DNA of 64,000 nucleotides, from positions 3,121-67,120 of the forward strand of contig JAVXOZ010000009.1 of NCBI GenBank assembly GCA_036644995.1, written 5' to 3'. Source of the DNA: Clostridiales bacterium (GTDB lineage Bacteria > Bacillota > Dehalobacteriia > UBA7702). Shown one piece after another: positions 25,357 to 34,965 of this stretch (position 1 is its first letter; every line of letters starts with the position of its first letter). The position numbers were made by a program, and so were the translations under genes. The notes under the pieces are model-generated. The model ran no database searches, was not told the origin of the DNA, and saw only the letters and a program-made list of their open reading frames with translations.

Positions 25357-26550
25357 ATGATCAATTCCGGTGATATTGCTTTTCTAATTATCTGCACATT
25401 AATTGTTATACTAATGACACCTGGAGTTGCAATTTTATATGGTGGTTTAGTAGATAAAAAACACACTAACACCATGATAATGCAAAATTTTATTGCTATT
25501 ACTATTATAACCTTGGTTTGGGCTATTTGCGGCTTTACTATAGCCTACGGCAATAATATTGCCGGTGGATTTATAGGTGGCTTTGATTATTTATTTTTGC
25601 AGGGGGTTTCTGCCGAACCTCATGCAATATTAGCTCCAACCGTACCTTTTACTCTATTTTTTGTATTACAAGCAGCTTTCGCCATCATTACCCCGGCTTT
25701 AATTTGCGGGGCTTTGGTGGGTAGAGCCAGACTTTTACCATACGTGATTTTTATCGCTTTATGGAGTCTTTTAATTTACAGCCCTGTGGTTCACTGGGTT
25801 TGGGGCGGTGGATTTTTAAGCCAATGGGGCTACATAGATTTCGCCGGTGGCGTACCTGTGCATATGATTGCAGGATTTTCTGCCTTAGCTGCGGTAATTG
25901 CCTTGGGTAACAGAAAAATTCCTAAAGATGGACCCAGCAACATGATGCACCTGGCAATAAGCATGGGCATTTTATGTGCGGGCTGGTTTGCCTTTAACAC
26001 TTGCAGTGCATTAGCAGCCAATGCTACTGCGGCTGTGGCTGCCACCAATACCTTATTAGCGGCTGCTGCAGGTAGTTTTATGTGGTTGATTTTGGGCTAT
26101 ATAAAGAACAAAAAGGCCGACTTATTAGATATATTTTTCGGAATATTAGCCGGTCTTGTGGTTAGTTCTCCCATATCGGGATTTGTTTCACCTTGGGTAG
26201 CTATGATTAGTGGTTTCATCGCCGGATTGTTCTGCTATTATGCTGTGCAATTCCGCACCTATAAAAATTGGGATGATACTTTAGATGTATGGGCTATTCA
26301 CGGTTGTGGTGGTTTGCTTGGGGTTTTAATTGTGGGTCTTTGTGCGAACCCCGCAATAGCACCAACAGCAGGTCTTTTATACGGCAATTCCCAACAACTG
26401 CTAATACAGGCAAGTGGCATATTAATTGGCGGACTATATAGCTTTATACTCACCTTTGTGTTAATAAAAGTTATTAATAAAGTTTGTCCTTTTAACTTTA
26501 AAAAAGACCATCCTGAATTTGAAGCAACCAAACAGGATATAAGTCTTTAA
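25357..26550 (+). CDS. amt: Amt/MEP-family ammonium/methylammonium permease
   Basis: 397 aa, about 11 TM helices; Amt signature 'DFAGG..VH' and conserved His in TM regions; last gene of the mtm module. Confidence 0.8.
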   Translation: MINSGDIAFLIICTLIVILMTPGVAILYGGLVDKKHTNTMIMQNFIAITIITLVWAICGFTIAYGNNIAGGFIGGFDYLFLQGVSAEPHAILAPTVPFTLFFVLQAAFAIITPALICGALVGRARLLPYVIFIALWSLLIYSPVVHWVWGGGFLSQWGYIDFAGGVPVHMIAGFSALAAVIALGNRKIPKDGPSNMMHLAISMGILCAGWFAFNTCSALAANATAAVAATNTLLAAAAGSFMWLILGYIKNKKADLLDIFFGILAGLVVSSPISGFVSPWVAMISGFIAGLFCYYAVQFRTYKNWDDTLDVWAIHGCGGLLGVLIVGLCANPAIAPTAGLLYGNSQQLLIQASGILIGGLYSFILTFVLIKVINKVCPFNFKKDHPEFEATKQDISL

Positions 26551-26578
26551 GAAAAACAATGAAATAATCCATATAAAT

Positions 26579-26623
26579 AAAAGCACATATTCAATTATAC
26601 AAACTTGAATATGTGCTTTTATA
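26579..26623 (+). terminator. rho-independent terminator after amt (aaagcacatattcaa..ttgaatatgtgcttt + T)
   Basis: 15-bp stem. Confidence 0.7.
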
Positions 26624-26887
26624 ATTGAATTTTAAAACTTTTATAATCTGTTTTCCACAATAACACTGATTTATAATTTCGGTTTTTTTAAGACTCTATT
26701 TTGCACCACAACATTTAGCAACATTTAGTATATCCACTTAATATTGTTGGGCTTTTGTCGGTGCATATAGTTTCCCAACAGCTTATTTTAATATTAAAAT
26801 ATTTTATGCCACTCCCCTTTTCATTACAATACTTTTTCTAAAATAAAACAGAGCAGCTACTCTTTTTTAAATGAAAGTATATAATTT

Positions 26888-26958
26888 AACTTAGATAATT
26901 TCACATAACTTAATTGAGATAATTTCACATAATTTAATTGAAATATTTTCACATATAT
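26888..26958. repeat. three tandem copies of a ~24-bp unit 'ttaattgaRataWtttcacataay'
   Basis: direct tandem repeats in convergent intergenic region between amt and the AraC-family gene. Confidence 0.6.
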
Positions 26959-27081
26959 TTTTTACAAAGTCTTTTTTAATTTATACTATTTAATGTAGAA
27001 AGTATTATAATGCACTAAATAAAAGTGATTACACTCCACGGACTTGGGGAGCGTAATCACTTTTTATCTTCATTTAATTTT

Positions 27082-28350
27082 TTACTCTTTCCATTTGCTG
27101 GGGGAAACCCCTTCGCAACGTTTAAACATTTTGATGAAATAACTTTGGTCATTAAACCCTACACTGCTGGCTATTTGAGCCAAGGGCATATCATCACGTA
27201 AATACTGTTTACTTGCTTCTATTCTCACCTTATTTAGGTGATCCGAATAGGTTTGTCCTGTTTGTTTTTTGATTAAATTACTTAAATAAGTGGGGTTTAA
27301 TGCTACCTCACTTGCCAACTTTTGCAAAGAAATATCCATATAATTTTTGTTAATATATTCAAGTGCCTGAAAAATTATATCATTAACCCGATATTTGCTA
27401 CCATTCCAAAATGCCTGTTGAAAACGGGGCACGGTATTATAAAGAGCCTGATTTAGCTGTTCATTATTTGTTGCAGTTAAAATATCACAAATAGTAACAC
27501 ATTGTTTTCCAAATATAGTTTCCAAGTTTAAATCTCTTTTTTTGGCAATTTGCAATAATGTGTAAAAAAATCTGGCTGCCCTATATTTGCTTTCTTCAAA
27601 AACATTATGCTTATGTATTCTGTCTATAAATTTATACAAAATCATCTCTAAGGCTTTTTGACTCTGGATCAAATTGCCACCGGGCTTTAAAAGTTCTATT
27701 TCTCTTTCTAAAATGAAATAGTCTTGGTTAAAATCCGGATAAATATTTGTGCGGATTTGCTTTTTAAGTTCGTTAATTAAAGTACCTATTTGGTTTTGCT
27801 TTTCATTATAATTAACCGATGTAGATTCTAAACCAGGCACATTTTGAATGGATTTTTGCAAAACATTACTTAACGCCCTAATATGAGAGGTATCTTTCAA
27901 TGGTACATCATTTAATAATTGGTCAATTTCGCTATAATGAGTATTCAAAAGTTCATTTCTGTCTAAAAAATTATTCACTATATACTTATTTGGTTCGTGT
28001 ATTAAAATTGGTCCCGTAGAAGCAAAATAAACATTGTCATCATCTAAAAATACAGGTACGGTGATATTCAGCAAGCCATAAGGGCATAAATAATAATGAG
28101 CGTCTGTGGTTACCAAGGTTTGTTTACAATTACAAACATAATCATGGACACAAACCCCTGTTTTGTCATACTGCTTAATGTAATTACAAATGTCAGCACA
28201 TTCGTAGCAACTGCGGTTGCCTACCTTTTTACCTATTCCATCAAACAAGTAACAATTTACGCTGGTTGCCATTTCATAATCACTGATAGCAGATTTGATT
28301 TCTTTTAAGGCATGATAGTATTCCAACATATTTGAGTCCTCCCCGCTCAA
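27082..28350 (-). CDS. AraC/XylS-family transcriptional regulator with Cys-rich N-terminal sensor domain
   Basis: 422 aa; C-terminal dual HTH 'LASEVALNPTYLSNLIKKQTG...QIASSVGFNDQSYFIKMFKR'; N-terminal domain with CxxC...C-x-C cluster. Confidence 0.75.
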   Translation of the reverse strand: MSGEDSNMLEYYHALKEIKSAISDYEMATSVNCYLFDGIGKKVGNRSCYECADICNYIKQYDKTGVCVHDYVCNCKQTLVTTDAHYYLCPYGLLNITVPVFLDDDNVYFASTGPILIHEPNKYIVNNFLDRNELLNTHYSEIDQLLNDVPLKDTSHIRALSNVLQKSIQNVPGLESTSVNYNEKQNQIGTLINELKKQIRTNIYPDFNQDYFILEREIELLKPGGNLIQSQKALEMILYKFIDRIHKHNVFEESKYRAARFFYTLLQIAKKRDLNLETIFGKQCVTICDILTATNNEQLNQALYNTVPRFQQAFWNGSKYRVNDIIFQALEYINKNYMDISLQKLASEVALNPTYLSNLIKKQTGQTYSDHLNKVRIEASKQYLRDDMPLAQIASSVGFNDQSYFIKMFKRCEGVSPSKWKE

Positions 28351-28472
28351 TATACAAAACTTTGCATATTGATTAAAAAAAATATTACTATAAAAAATTA
28401 TTTATTTATGATATATATATCTCTATCTCTATATTATATACCATTTTATCTCTTTACCAAGTAATAATGCTT

Positions 28473-28531
28473 CCGTAAAAAACAACATTTTTTGACAATT
28501 ATTTTGTATACATAGCCATGTTGTTTTACGG
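28473..28531. promoter_or_regulatory. 14-16-bp inverted repeat (ccgtaaaaaacaacat ... atgttgttttacgg) enclosing a TTGACA hexamer, upstream of cobD operon
   Basis: long inverted repeat separated by about 29 bp in the cobD/araC divergent intergenic region; candidate operator. Confidence 0.35.
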
Positions 28532-28896
28532 TTACACTGCCCAACACTATGTTTGATATTTTAATTATATATTAATATTTTTACATTGTCAACAAATAAC
28601 TACCCCATTAAAGCTTATTATTTTTATAAACTTAAAAACAAATCAAAAAACATAATATTTAACAGAAAAACATTCAAATTTACACTAAATTTTTAAAAAT
28701 TATAGAAAAAAACTGTTTTTTTTGTTTCTAATTATACGGTTATTTAACTATATTTATGTTCCTAAATACTCCACCAAAAATTACTGTAATTTGCAAAAAT
28801 ATTTTATCATAATAACGCCATTAAAACCTTGATTATACTTGCATTTTCTTGTAATTTGTTATATCATTAAAGTAAGAAAAAAAAAGGAGCATCACC

Positions 28897-29937
28897 ATGC
28901 ACAAACACGGAGGCGACGTTTATACTTATGAAAATATGGTAGATTTTTCTGCCAACATCAACCCACTGGGTATTCCCCAAAGCATTGTTTTGGCAGCCAC
29001 CAAAGGGGCTACCTTATCTGCCCAATATCCCGATGTGGAATGTAGGGAATTAAAAAAATCATTGGCTATTGCCGAAGATATAAAAAGCGAAAATATTGCT
29101 TGCGGCAACGGTGCCGCAGATTTGATTTTTTCTTTGGTTTTAGCAACCAAACCCAAAAAAGCAATTATGCTGGCTCCTACTTTTTACGAATATGAGCAGG
29201 CACTGCGTGCCATTGATTGCGAGATTATATACCACGAATTAACAGAAACCAATAATTTTGAATTAAAAAATGATTATTTAAACATTTTAGATGAATCAGT
29301 TGATATAATTTTTATATGCAATCCCAACAATCCCACAGGGTTGTTGGTGGATAAAGATTTTTTAGCAAAAGTATTGGAAAAATGTGAAAAAAATAACATT
29401 CTTTTTGTTTTAGATGAATGTTTTAACGATTTCCTTGATTACCCCACAGAATATTCCATGAAAGATTTTATACCAAAAAGCAAAAATCTTTTTATTTTAA
29501 AAGCATTTACTAAGCTTTACGCCATGGCGGGTTTAAGATTGGGCTACGGTTTTTCTTCCAATCAGGAATTAATGGCAAAAATAAAAGAAGTTACTCAACC
29601 TTGGAATGTTTCCACCCCTGCCCAACACTGCGGCATTGCAGCTTTAAAAGAAACTGAATATGTTGCCAAAGCCAGAAAAATAGTAAAAGAAGAACGGAAC
29701 TATCTACAAAAAAGTTTGGAATCTTTGGGCTTAACATTATACAATTCCATGGCGAATTACATCTTTTTTAAAGGTCCCGAAAATCTTGGGGATAAAACCA
29801 AAGAACACGGCTTTATGATTAGAGATTGCAGCAACTACCACGGTTTAACCAATGGCTTTTATCGCATTGCGGTGAGAGATCATAACGAAAATACAGGGCT
29901 TATTGCTGTTTTGGAAAAAATTTTAAAGGAGTGTTAA
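28897..29937 (+). CDS. cobD: L-threonine-O-3-phosphate decarboxylase (PLP-dependent class I/II aminotransferase fold)
   Basis: 346 aa; HisC/CobD-like; PLP-lysine region 'LKAFTKLYAMAGLRLGY'; gene context (followed by cobO). Confidence 0.75.
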   Translation: MHKHGGDVYTYENMVDFSANINPLGIPQSIVLAATKGATLSAQYPDVECRELKKSLAIAEDIKSENIACGNGAADLIFSLVLATKPKKAIMLAPTFYEYEQALRAIDCEIIYHELTETNNFELKNDYLNILDESVDIIFICNPNNPTGLLVDKDFLAKVLEKCEKNNILFVLDECFNDFLDYPTEYSMKDFIPKSKNLFILKAFTKLYAMAGLRLGYGFSSNQELMAKIKEVTQPWNVSTPAQHCGIAALKETEYVAKARKIVKEERNYLQKSLESLGLTLYNSMANYIFFKGPENLGDKTKEHGFMIRDCSNYHGLTNGFYRIAVRDHNENTGLIAVLEKILKEC

Positions 29938-29939
29938 CC

Positions 29940-30464
29940 ATGAAGGGATTAATACACATTTATACAGGCGACGGCAAAGGTAAATCCACCGCTGCCATTG
30001 GTTTAACCCTGCGTTGTGCAGGCTCTAACCATGATGTAATCTATACTCAATTTTTAAAAAACGGTAAATCATCAGAAATAAACATACTAAAAACCATCCC
30101 CAATATTAAACTGTTTTTTGCAGAAAAAAACTTTGGTTTTTTATTTAATGCCACAGATGAAGTAAAAGCAGAAGCAAAAATTGTTTATTCAAAATTATTA
30201 AAAACAGTGGTTGAAGCAGCCATAGAAACTAAACCCCAACTTTTGGTGCTTGATGAAATAATAGCCACTTATAATCACGATTTAATAGATAAAAATTATT
30301 TACTTGATTTTCTAAAAAATAAACCTGAAAATTTAGAAATTGTAATGACAGGGCGAGAACCCAGTCAAGAGCTAATAGAACTTGGGGATTACGTATCCAA
30401 TATCCAAAAGATTAAGCACCCATTTGATAAAGGAATCCCAGCCAGAATCGGCATAGAAAAATAA
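29940..30464 (+). CDS. cobO: cob(I)yrinic acid a,c-diamide / cob(I)alamin adenosyltransferase (CobA/CobO/BtuR type)
   Basis: 'GDGKGKSTAA' P-loop characteristic of CobA-type adenosyltransferases; RBS aaggag 8 nt before ATG 29940. Confidence 0.8.
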   Translation: MKGLIHIYTGDGKGKSTAAIGLTLRCAGSNHDVIYTQFLKNGKSSEINILKTIPNIKLFFAEKNFGFLFNATDEVKAEAKIVYSKLLKTVVEAAIETKPQLLVLDEIIATYNHDLIDKNYLLDFLKNKPENLEIVMTGREPSQELIELGDYVSNIQKIKHPFDKGIPARIGIEK

Positions 30465-30564
30465 CCCCACCTCTTAATCGATGGATTTTTACCTGAATTT
30501 GCATAGCACAATAAACCCACTTCACCCAAGGTCTTTTTGCCCAAATTTCTTTAAAAGAATAAGC

Positions 30565-30604
30565 AAATGCCCATAGCACAATAAAGTGCTATGGGCATTT
30601 TTAT
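30565..30604. terminator. bidirectional terminator between cobO (+) and cbiK (-): aatgcccatagcac aataaa gtgctatgggcatt + T5
   Basis: 14-bp perfect stem. Confidence 0.75.
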
Positions 30605-30699
30605 ATTACGCTCTGTAATATTTTATGGTTAAATAAAACAACAGGGTTTATTGCCTTGGAATATGTTCTTATGTTCTAAAGAATTATATATTTCTCTAT

Positions 30700-31485
30700 T
30701 TATTTGATATTTACAGCATTTAAAGCGTGGTTCACGAAAATTTTTCTGATTTTTGGATATTCGCCCAAACCTTTTAATTGGCATTCAACTCCAAAGCCTT
30801 CTTTTTTTAACAGATTTTGCCAAGCATCATCATCTTCACCTGCCATATCATTGGTGGCATGATCCCCGGCAACTATCATAAAAGGTGCCAAAGTAATTTT
30901 TTTAGGCGAAAAGGCTTTCACCATTTTCAACATGGTAGGAAAATCCGGATATGCCTCCACAGTGCCCATAAACACATTGGTATAGCCTAAATCTTTAAAC
31001 ATATAGTCAAGTGCCGCATACACCGTATTGGTGGCGTGGGCAGTGCCGTGCCCCATAAAAACCAAGGCTTCATCTTTGGGTAAATCCCCATATTCCGCCA
31101 TGATAGCCTTTATGGTATCGAAAAAATCTTCGGTGTACATCAATAGCGGATTGCCAAAAGCAATGGAATCAAAATCCGCTGCAAAAGCCATAACATCTTC
31201 TTTCATAATATCATTTTCAATACCACTTAAAATATGAGTTGGCTGTACCACTAAATTTTTAACACCCTGAGCTTTCATGGTTTCCATAGCTTCAGTTACG
31301 GTATTTATTTTAATATTATCACGTTTCATAACTTTTTTTATGATAATTTTACTGGTCCAAGCTCTGTAAAGTGAATATTCAGGAAAAGCCGCCTGTAAAT
31401 CTTGCTCTAATTTATCAATGGTTTTTTCTCTGGTTTCATGATAGCTGGTACCAAAGCTAACTACTAAAAGTCCTTTACTTGCCAT
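30700..31485 (-). CDS. cbiK: sirohydrochlorin cobaltochelatase (anaerobic pathway)
   Basis: 261 aa; CbiK-like two-domain chelatase with conserved His ligands; in cbiMNQO-cbiK operon. Confidence 0.8.
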   Translation of the reverse strand: MASKGLLVVSFGTSYHETREKTIDKLEQDLQAAFPEYSLYRAWTSKIIIKKVMKRDNIKINTVTEAMETMKAQGVKNLVVQPTHILSGIENDIMKEDVMAFAADFDSIAFGNPLLMYTEDFFDTIKAIMAEYGDLPKDEALVFMGHGTAHATNTVYAALDYMFKDLGYTNVFMGTVEAYPDFPTMLKMVKAFSPKKITLAPFMIVAGDHATNDMAGEDDDAWQNLLKKEGFGVECQLKGLGEYPKIRKIFVNHALNAVNIK

Positions 31486-31486
31486 T

Positions 31487-32332
31487 TTATTGCTCCTTTG
31501 TGTTGTGAATATATTTTTCTAAAGTATCCAAATTCCGAGGTATGGGTAAACCTGCACTTAAAATTCCATTATTGGTGAGATTTTCAAATAACCGTAAAGC
31601 CGCAGGTTTTGCTAAATTAGTTTTTAGCAAGGCAGCCTCATCAGAAAACACATCTTCGGGACTTCCCTTAAGCAACACGCTTCCTTCGTGAAAAAGCACC
31701 ACTTCATCTGCCCATTCAAAGGCATGGTCCACATCGTGGGTGGCTATAACAATGGTAATGCCACGGCTGGCTAATTTATCAATCAAAGAATTAACAATAG
31801 CGGTATGTTTAGGGTCTAAAGCAGCCGCAGGTTCATCCAGCACTATTATTTCCGGATGCATAACCAAAATATCCGCCACAGAAACCTGTTTTTTTTGCCC
31901 TCCACTTAAAAAATGTGTGGGTTTATCACGGAAATCACTTATTTCCAAATCAGCTATTGCCTGTTCTACCCTACTTTTAGCTTCTTCTGTGCTTAAACCT
32001 ATGTTTAAAGCTCCAAAGGAAATCTCCTGATATACGTTGGCAGAAAACAGTTGATTATCGGGATCTTGAAAGACTATACCAACTTTTGTGCGAATATCCA
32101 GCAGTCCCTTTCTGGAATAATCATAGGGCGTGCCATTAAGATAAAGCTTGCCGCCATTTGGTTTATTTATGCCATTTAAACAAAGGAAAAAAGTGGATTT
32201 TCCCGAGCCATTTGCCCCTAAAAATGCTACTTTTTTACCTTTGGTAATTTCCAAATCAATGCCTTTTAAGGCTTTTGTACCATCATCATATGTAAAACTG
32301 AGATTTTCTGCCTTAATTATAATATTGTCCAT
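31487..32332 (-). CDS. cbiO: cobalt ECF transporter ATPase component
   Basis: Walker A 'GANGSGKST', ABC signature 'LSGGQKKQV', Walker B 'VLDEPAA'. Confidence 0.85.
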   Translation of the reverse strand: MDNIIIKAENLSFTYDDGTKALKGIDLEITKGKKVAFLGANGSGKSTFFLCLNGINKPNGGKLYLNGTPYDYSRKGLLDIRTKVGIVFQDPDNQLFSANVYQEISFGALNIGLSTEEAKSRVEQAIADLEISDFRDKPTHFLSGGQKKQVSVADILVMHPEIIVLDEPAAALDPKHTAIVNSLIDKLASRGITIVIATHDVDHAFEWADEVVLFHEGSVLLKGSPEDVFSDEAALLKTNLAKPAALRLFENLTNNGILSAGLPIPRNLDTLEKYIHNTKEQ

Positions 32333-32389
32333 TATCCTACTCCTAAATTGTTAAGTTGAAATATGCGTAAAAAGAAAAATTTTTTCAAC

Positions 32390-33166
32390 TTACCCATAAA
32401 TATGGATTACCACAGAAACCATGACCAAAGCTATATCAAAAAGAACCATAAACCAAATTTCTTTTTTATCGGTTATATATTCTTCTTCCAAAACAGTTAT
32501 TTTACCTGTATAACACCGAGATTCCATGGCATCGAAAAGTCTTGAAGATTTTTGAAAAGAGCGAATCAGCAAAACCGCCATTAAACTCCCAATAGAACTG
32601 CACGAAGTTTTAAAATTTTTATTACCCAAACGACTTTTTTGAGCCACAGTAAGTGCAGAGGCAATATCCAATAAAACAAAAATAAAACGGTAAATCAACA
32701 GCATCAACTCTATTAGCATCTCAGGACAACGCAGTCTTTTCAACACCATAAGTATATCTGTTATGGGAGTGGAAAGAGAGAGAAAATACAAAGATGAAAC
32801 CGATGCCAGTGCAGTAATGATTAATTGCGCCGCAAATAGTAAAGAATCAACACTGGAGGTAATATACCAGCTAAAAAACGGTATAGCAAAGGCAGATAGT
32901 GGCACTGAAGATATATTGATAATAATTGCCACTGTGCTTAAAATAAGGAAAACCAAGGGAATGGACATTAGCTTCAGAAAATAGGTAAAGGAAGTCCCAT
33001 TGTAAAATACAATGAGACTTCCCATTACCAGTAAAGCAATGGTAGACACAGTAATTGAGCGTGAAATAACGCATATCAACAAAGTTAATACTGCAAATAG
33101 AAATTTAATTGTTGGATTTTTATGCCGTAATTCCGAGGAATAACTCAATTTGTCAATAATAATCAT
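32390..33166 (-). CDS. cbiQ: cobalt ECF transporter T (transmembrane) component
   Basis: polytopic membrane protein after cbiN; start taken at 'MIIIDKLSY' (ATG 33166), which leaves a 4-nt gap from cbiN instead of a 59-nt overlap. Confidence 0.75.
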   Translation of the reverse strand: MIIIDKLSYSSELRHKNPTIKFLFAVLTLLICVISRSITVSTIALLVMGSLIVFYNGTSFTYFLKLMSIPLVFLILSTVAIIINISSVPLSAFAIPFFSWYITSSVDSLLFAAQLIITALASVSSLYFLSLSTPITDILMVLKRLRCPEMLIELMLLIYRFIFVLLDIASALTVAQKSRLGNKNFKTSCSSIGSLMAVLLIRSFQKSSRLFDAMESRCYTGKITVLEEEYITDKKEIWFMVLFDIALVMVSVVIHIYG

Positions 33167-33170
33167 GTGT

Positions 33171-33530
33171 TTACTTTTCCTTCTTGCCGCTCTTTGTTTT
33201 AGCTTCCACATTGCCGATATTTGCGGCATTTAGCTTTTTATTTTTAGAGCGTTCCCTTAAAGTTCCGAAACCAAAACCGATGATGCCTGCTCCCAATGCA
33301 GCCTGTAAGCTGAAAAGTAAGGACTCTGTTTCACCACCGGGTGGTTCCATCATTGAGGATGCCCAAGGCTGATAATCAGGGTTGATTTCCGTTATTGCTT
33401 CTTCTGCCTGACCATCTGCACCGCCAAATTCCGAATCTTTGATTGTCATCAGGGGGATAATGGCAATGAGTACACAAGCCAATAGCATAACCAAAACAAT
33501 AAGTGTGTTTTTAGAAGTTTTACCTGCCAT
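33171..33530 (-). CDS. cbiN: cobalt transport protein CbiN
   Basis: 119 aa, two TM helices, between cbiM and cbiQ. Confidence 0.75.
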   Translation of the reverse strand: MAGKTSKNTLIVLVMLLACVLIAIIPLMTIKDSEFGGADGQAEEAITEINPDYQPWASSMMEPPGGETESLLFSLQAALGAGIIGFGFGTLRERSKNKKLNAANIGNVEAKTKSGKKEK

Positions 33531-34282
33531 TATTTTATTCCTCCTTTTAAATAGCCCAAATCTGTTAATTCATCTTTGGCAAAGGATTCTAAGCCAATGA
33601 TTACAACAACAGTTACCAGGCCTTCAATGATTGCAAGAGGAACTTGGGTTGCAGCAAAAATACCCATGAATTTTATCAGCGAGGCAGTAAACCCACCCAC
33701 CTCCGAGGGGTAAGCCAAAGCCAGTTGAAACGAGGTTATTACATAAGTAAATAAATCACCTAAACACGCAGCCAGAAAAACAGCAACACGCTTGGGACAT
33801 TTAATTTTTAATGAGAGTTGGTAAATAGCAAAAGCGATGAAAGGACCTGCTATTGCCATGGAAAAAGTGTTTGCGCCCAAGGTTGTTAATCCACCATGAG
33901 CCAAAAGAATAGCTTGAAAAAGTAATACGATAATACCAATAATACTCATAGCTGAGGGGCCAAATAAAATAGCACCCAACCCTGTACCCGTGGGATGTGA
34001 ACTACTACCTGTTACCGATGGTATTTTTAATGCTGACAGTACAAATGCGTAGGCACCTACCATAGCTAATAACAGAAGAACGCGTCTGTTTTCTTTGATT
34101 GTTTTTTTAATAGAGAAAAAACCGGCGATGAGAAAGGGAATGCACAATGCGCCCCATGCGATGCAATATTGTATTGGCAAATACCCCTCCATGATGTGCA
34201 TTGCGCTTACCCCCGGGGTAAGGCTGAATACCACGGCAAAGCCCGCAGCAATAGACACAATGCGTTGTTGTTTAGTTGTCAT
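33530..34282 (-). CDS. cbiM: cobalt ECF transporter S component CbiM
   Basis: 250 aa; N-terminal 'MHIMEGYLP' (conserved Met-His N-terminus of CbiM/NikM); about 7 TM. Confidence 0.85.
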   Translation of the reverse strand: MTTKQQRIVSIAAGFAVVFSLTPGVSAMHIMEGYLPIQYCIAWGALCIPFLIAGFFSIKKTIKENRRVLLLLAMVGAYAFVLSALKIPSVTGSSSHPTGTGLGAILFGPSAMSIIGIIVLLFQAILLAHGGLTTLGANTFSMAIAGPFIAFAIYQLSLKIKCPKRVAVFLAACLGDLFTYVITSFQLALAYPSEVGGFTASLIKFMGIFAATQVPLAIIEGLVTVVVIIGLESFAKDELTDLGYLKGGIK

Positions 34283-34309
34283 GTTTGCCTCCTAATTATT
34301 ATACAAAAT

Positions 34310-34540
34310 AAAAACACCCTACTTGCACGACCAAGTAAGGTGTTTGATGATTCCATGGAAATCATTACACATTGCCATCGACCGTAACAAAAGTGTAGGT
34401 ACCCCATACTTGGCAGGTCTTCTGGCTCAAAGGGCTTACCCTTCTTACAGCGGCGCGACCGCGCAGGATTCTCACCTGACTTCCCTATTCTCCCGTCCAT
34501 TGACTGAACGAGCACCAAATATGTTCTGTTTGTGAATATG
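34310..34540 (-). promoter_or_regulatory. cobalamin riboswitch upstream of cbiMNQO-cbiK
   Basis: minus strand 'AGGGAAGTCAGGTGAGAATCCTGCGCGGTCGCGCCGCTGTAAGAAGGG' matches the cobalamin-riboswitch core (AGGGAA..GGUGnnAAUCC..GCGG..CGCC-B12 box-like GCCGCUG). Confidence 0.7.
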
Positions 34541-34724
34541 TTAGCACAGCGGTAAATCAATGTCAATATTATTTTTTTATTAAATCCAATATTTTGCCTT
34601 AAAATCCTTGGAAATTCCGCACTTTTACTGGATTTAAAAGATTATCAAAAATATAAAAAATAATACTTGAATTTTTTCAAATATTGTAATATACTATTAC
34701 TTAGTTCTTATACAATTTGAACAA

Positions 34725-34900
34725 GCGGTGCCTTTTGGCATAAAAGAAAAGCAGGCTAAAATCCTGCACTGTCCCAGCAACCGTATTACTGACGAAAAGA
34801 TGTAAACCACTGTTTCTAAGGAAATGGGAAGGTATCTGAGTAGAATGAAGTTAAGTCGGTAGACCTACCGTTTGTAATTTTTCTCCTGGGTAGAGTTTTT
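34725..34900 (+). promoter_or_regulatory. probable second cobalamin riboswitch, divergent, upstream of cobQ-cbi-hem operon
   Basis: 'GGTGCC...AAAAGCAGGCTAAAATCCTGCACTGTCCCAGCAACCG...ACCACTG' contains GGUGCC, AAAAUCC and B12-box-like elements but deviates from the consensus order. Confidence 0.4.
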
Positions 34901-34965
34901 TATTGTGCGTAATTTTAGCTATTTAAAACCGTTCCGAGGTTGGAGCGGTTTTTTTATTTATAAAT

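Noticed and set aside
26640-27080. Search for pylT (tRNA-Pyl, CUA anticodon) in intergenic regions of the mtm module
   Set aside because: No CUCUAAA anticodon-loop-containing tRNA-like sequence was found by eye in this or other intergenic regions of the window. The pyl genes are presumably elsewhere.
34095-34566. Several small ORFs (34095..34295, 34169..34387, 34279..34566, 34323..34535)
   Set aside because: They lie on the cobalamin riboswitch / cbiM leader. It is structured RNA rather than coding.
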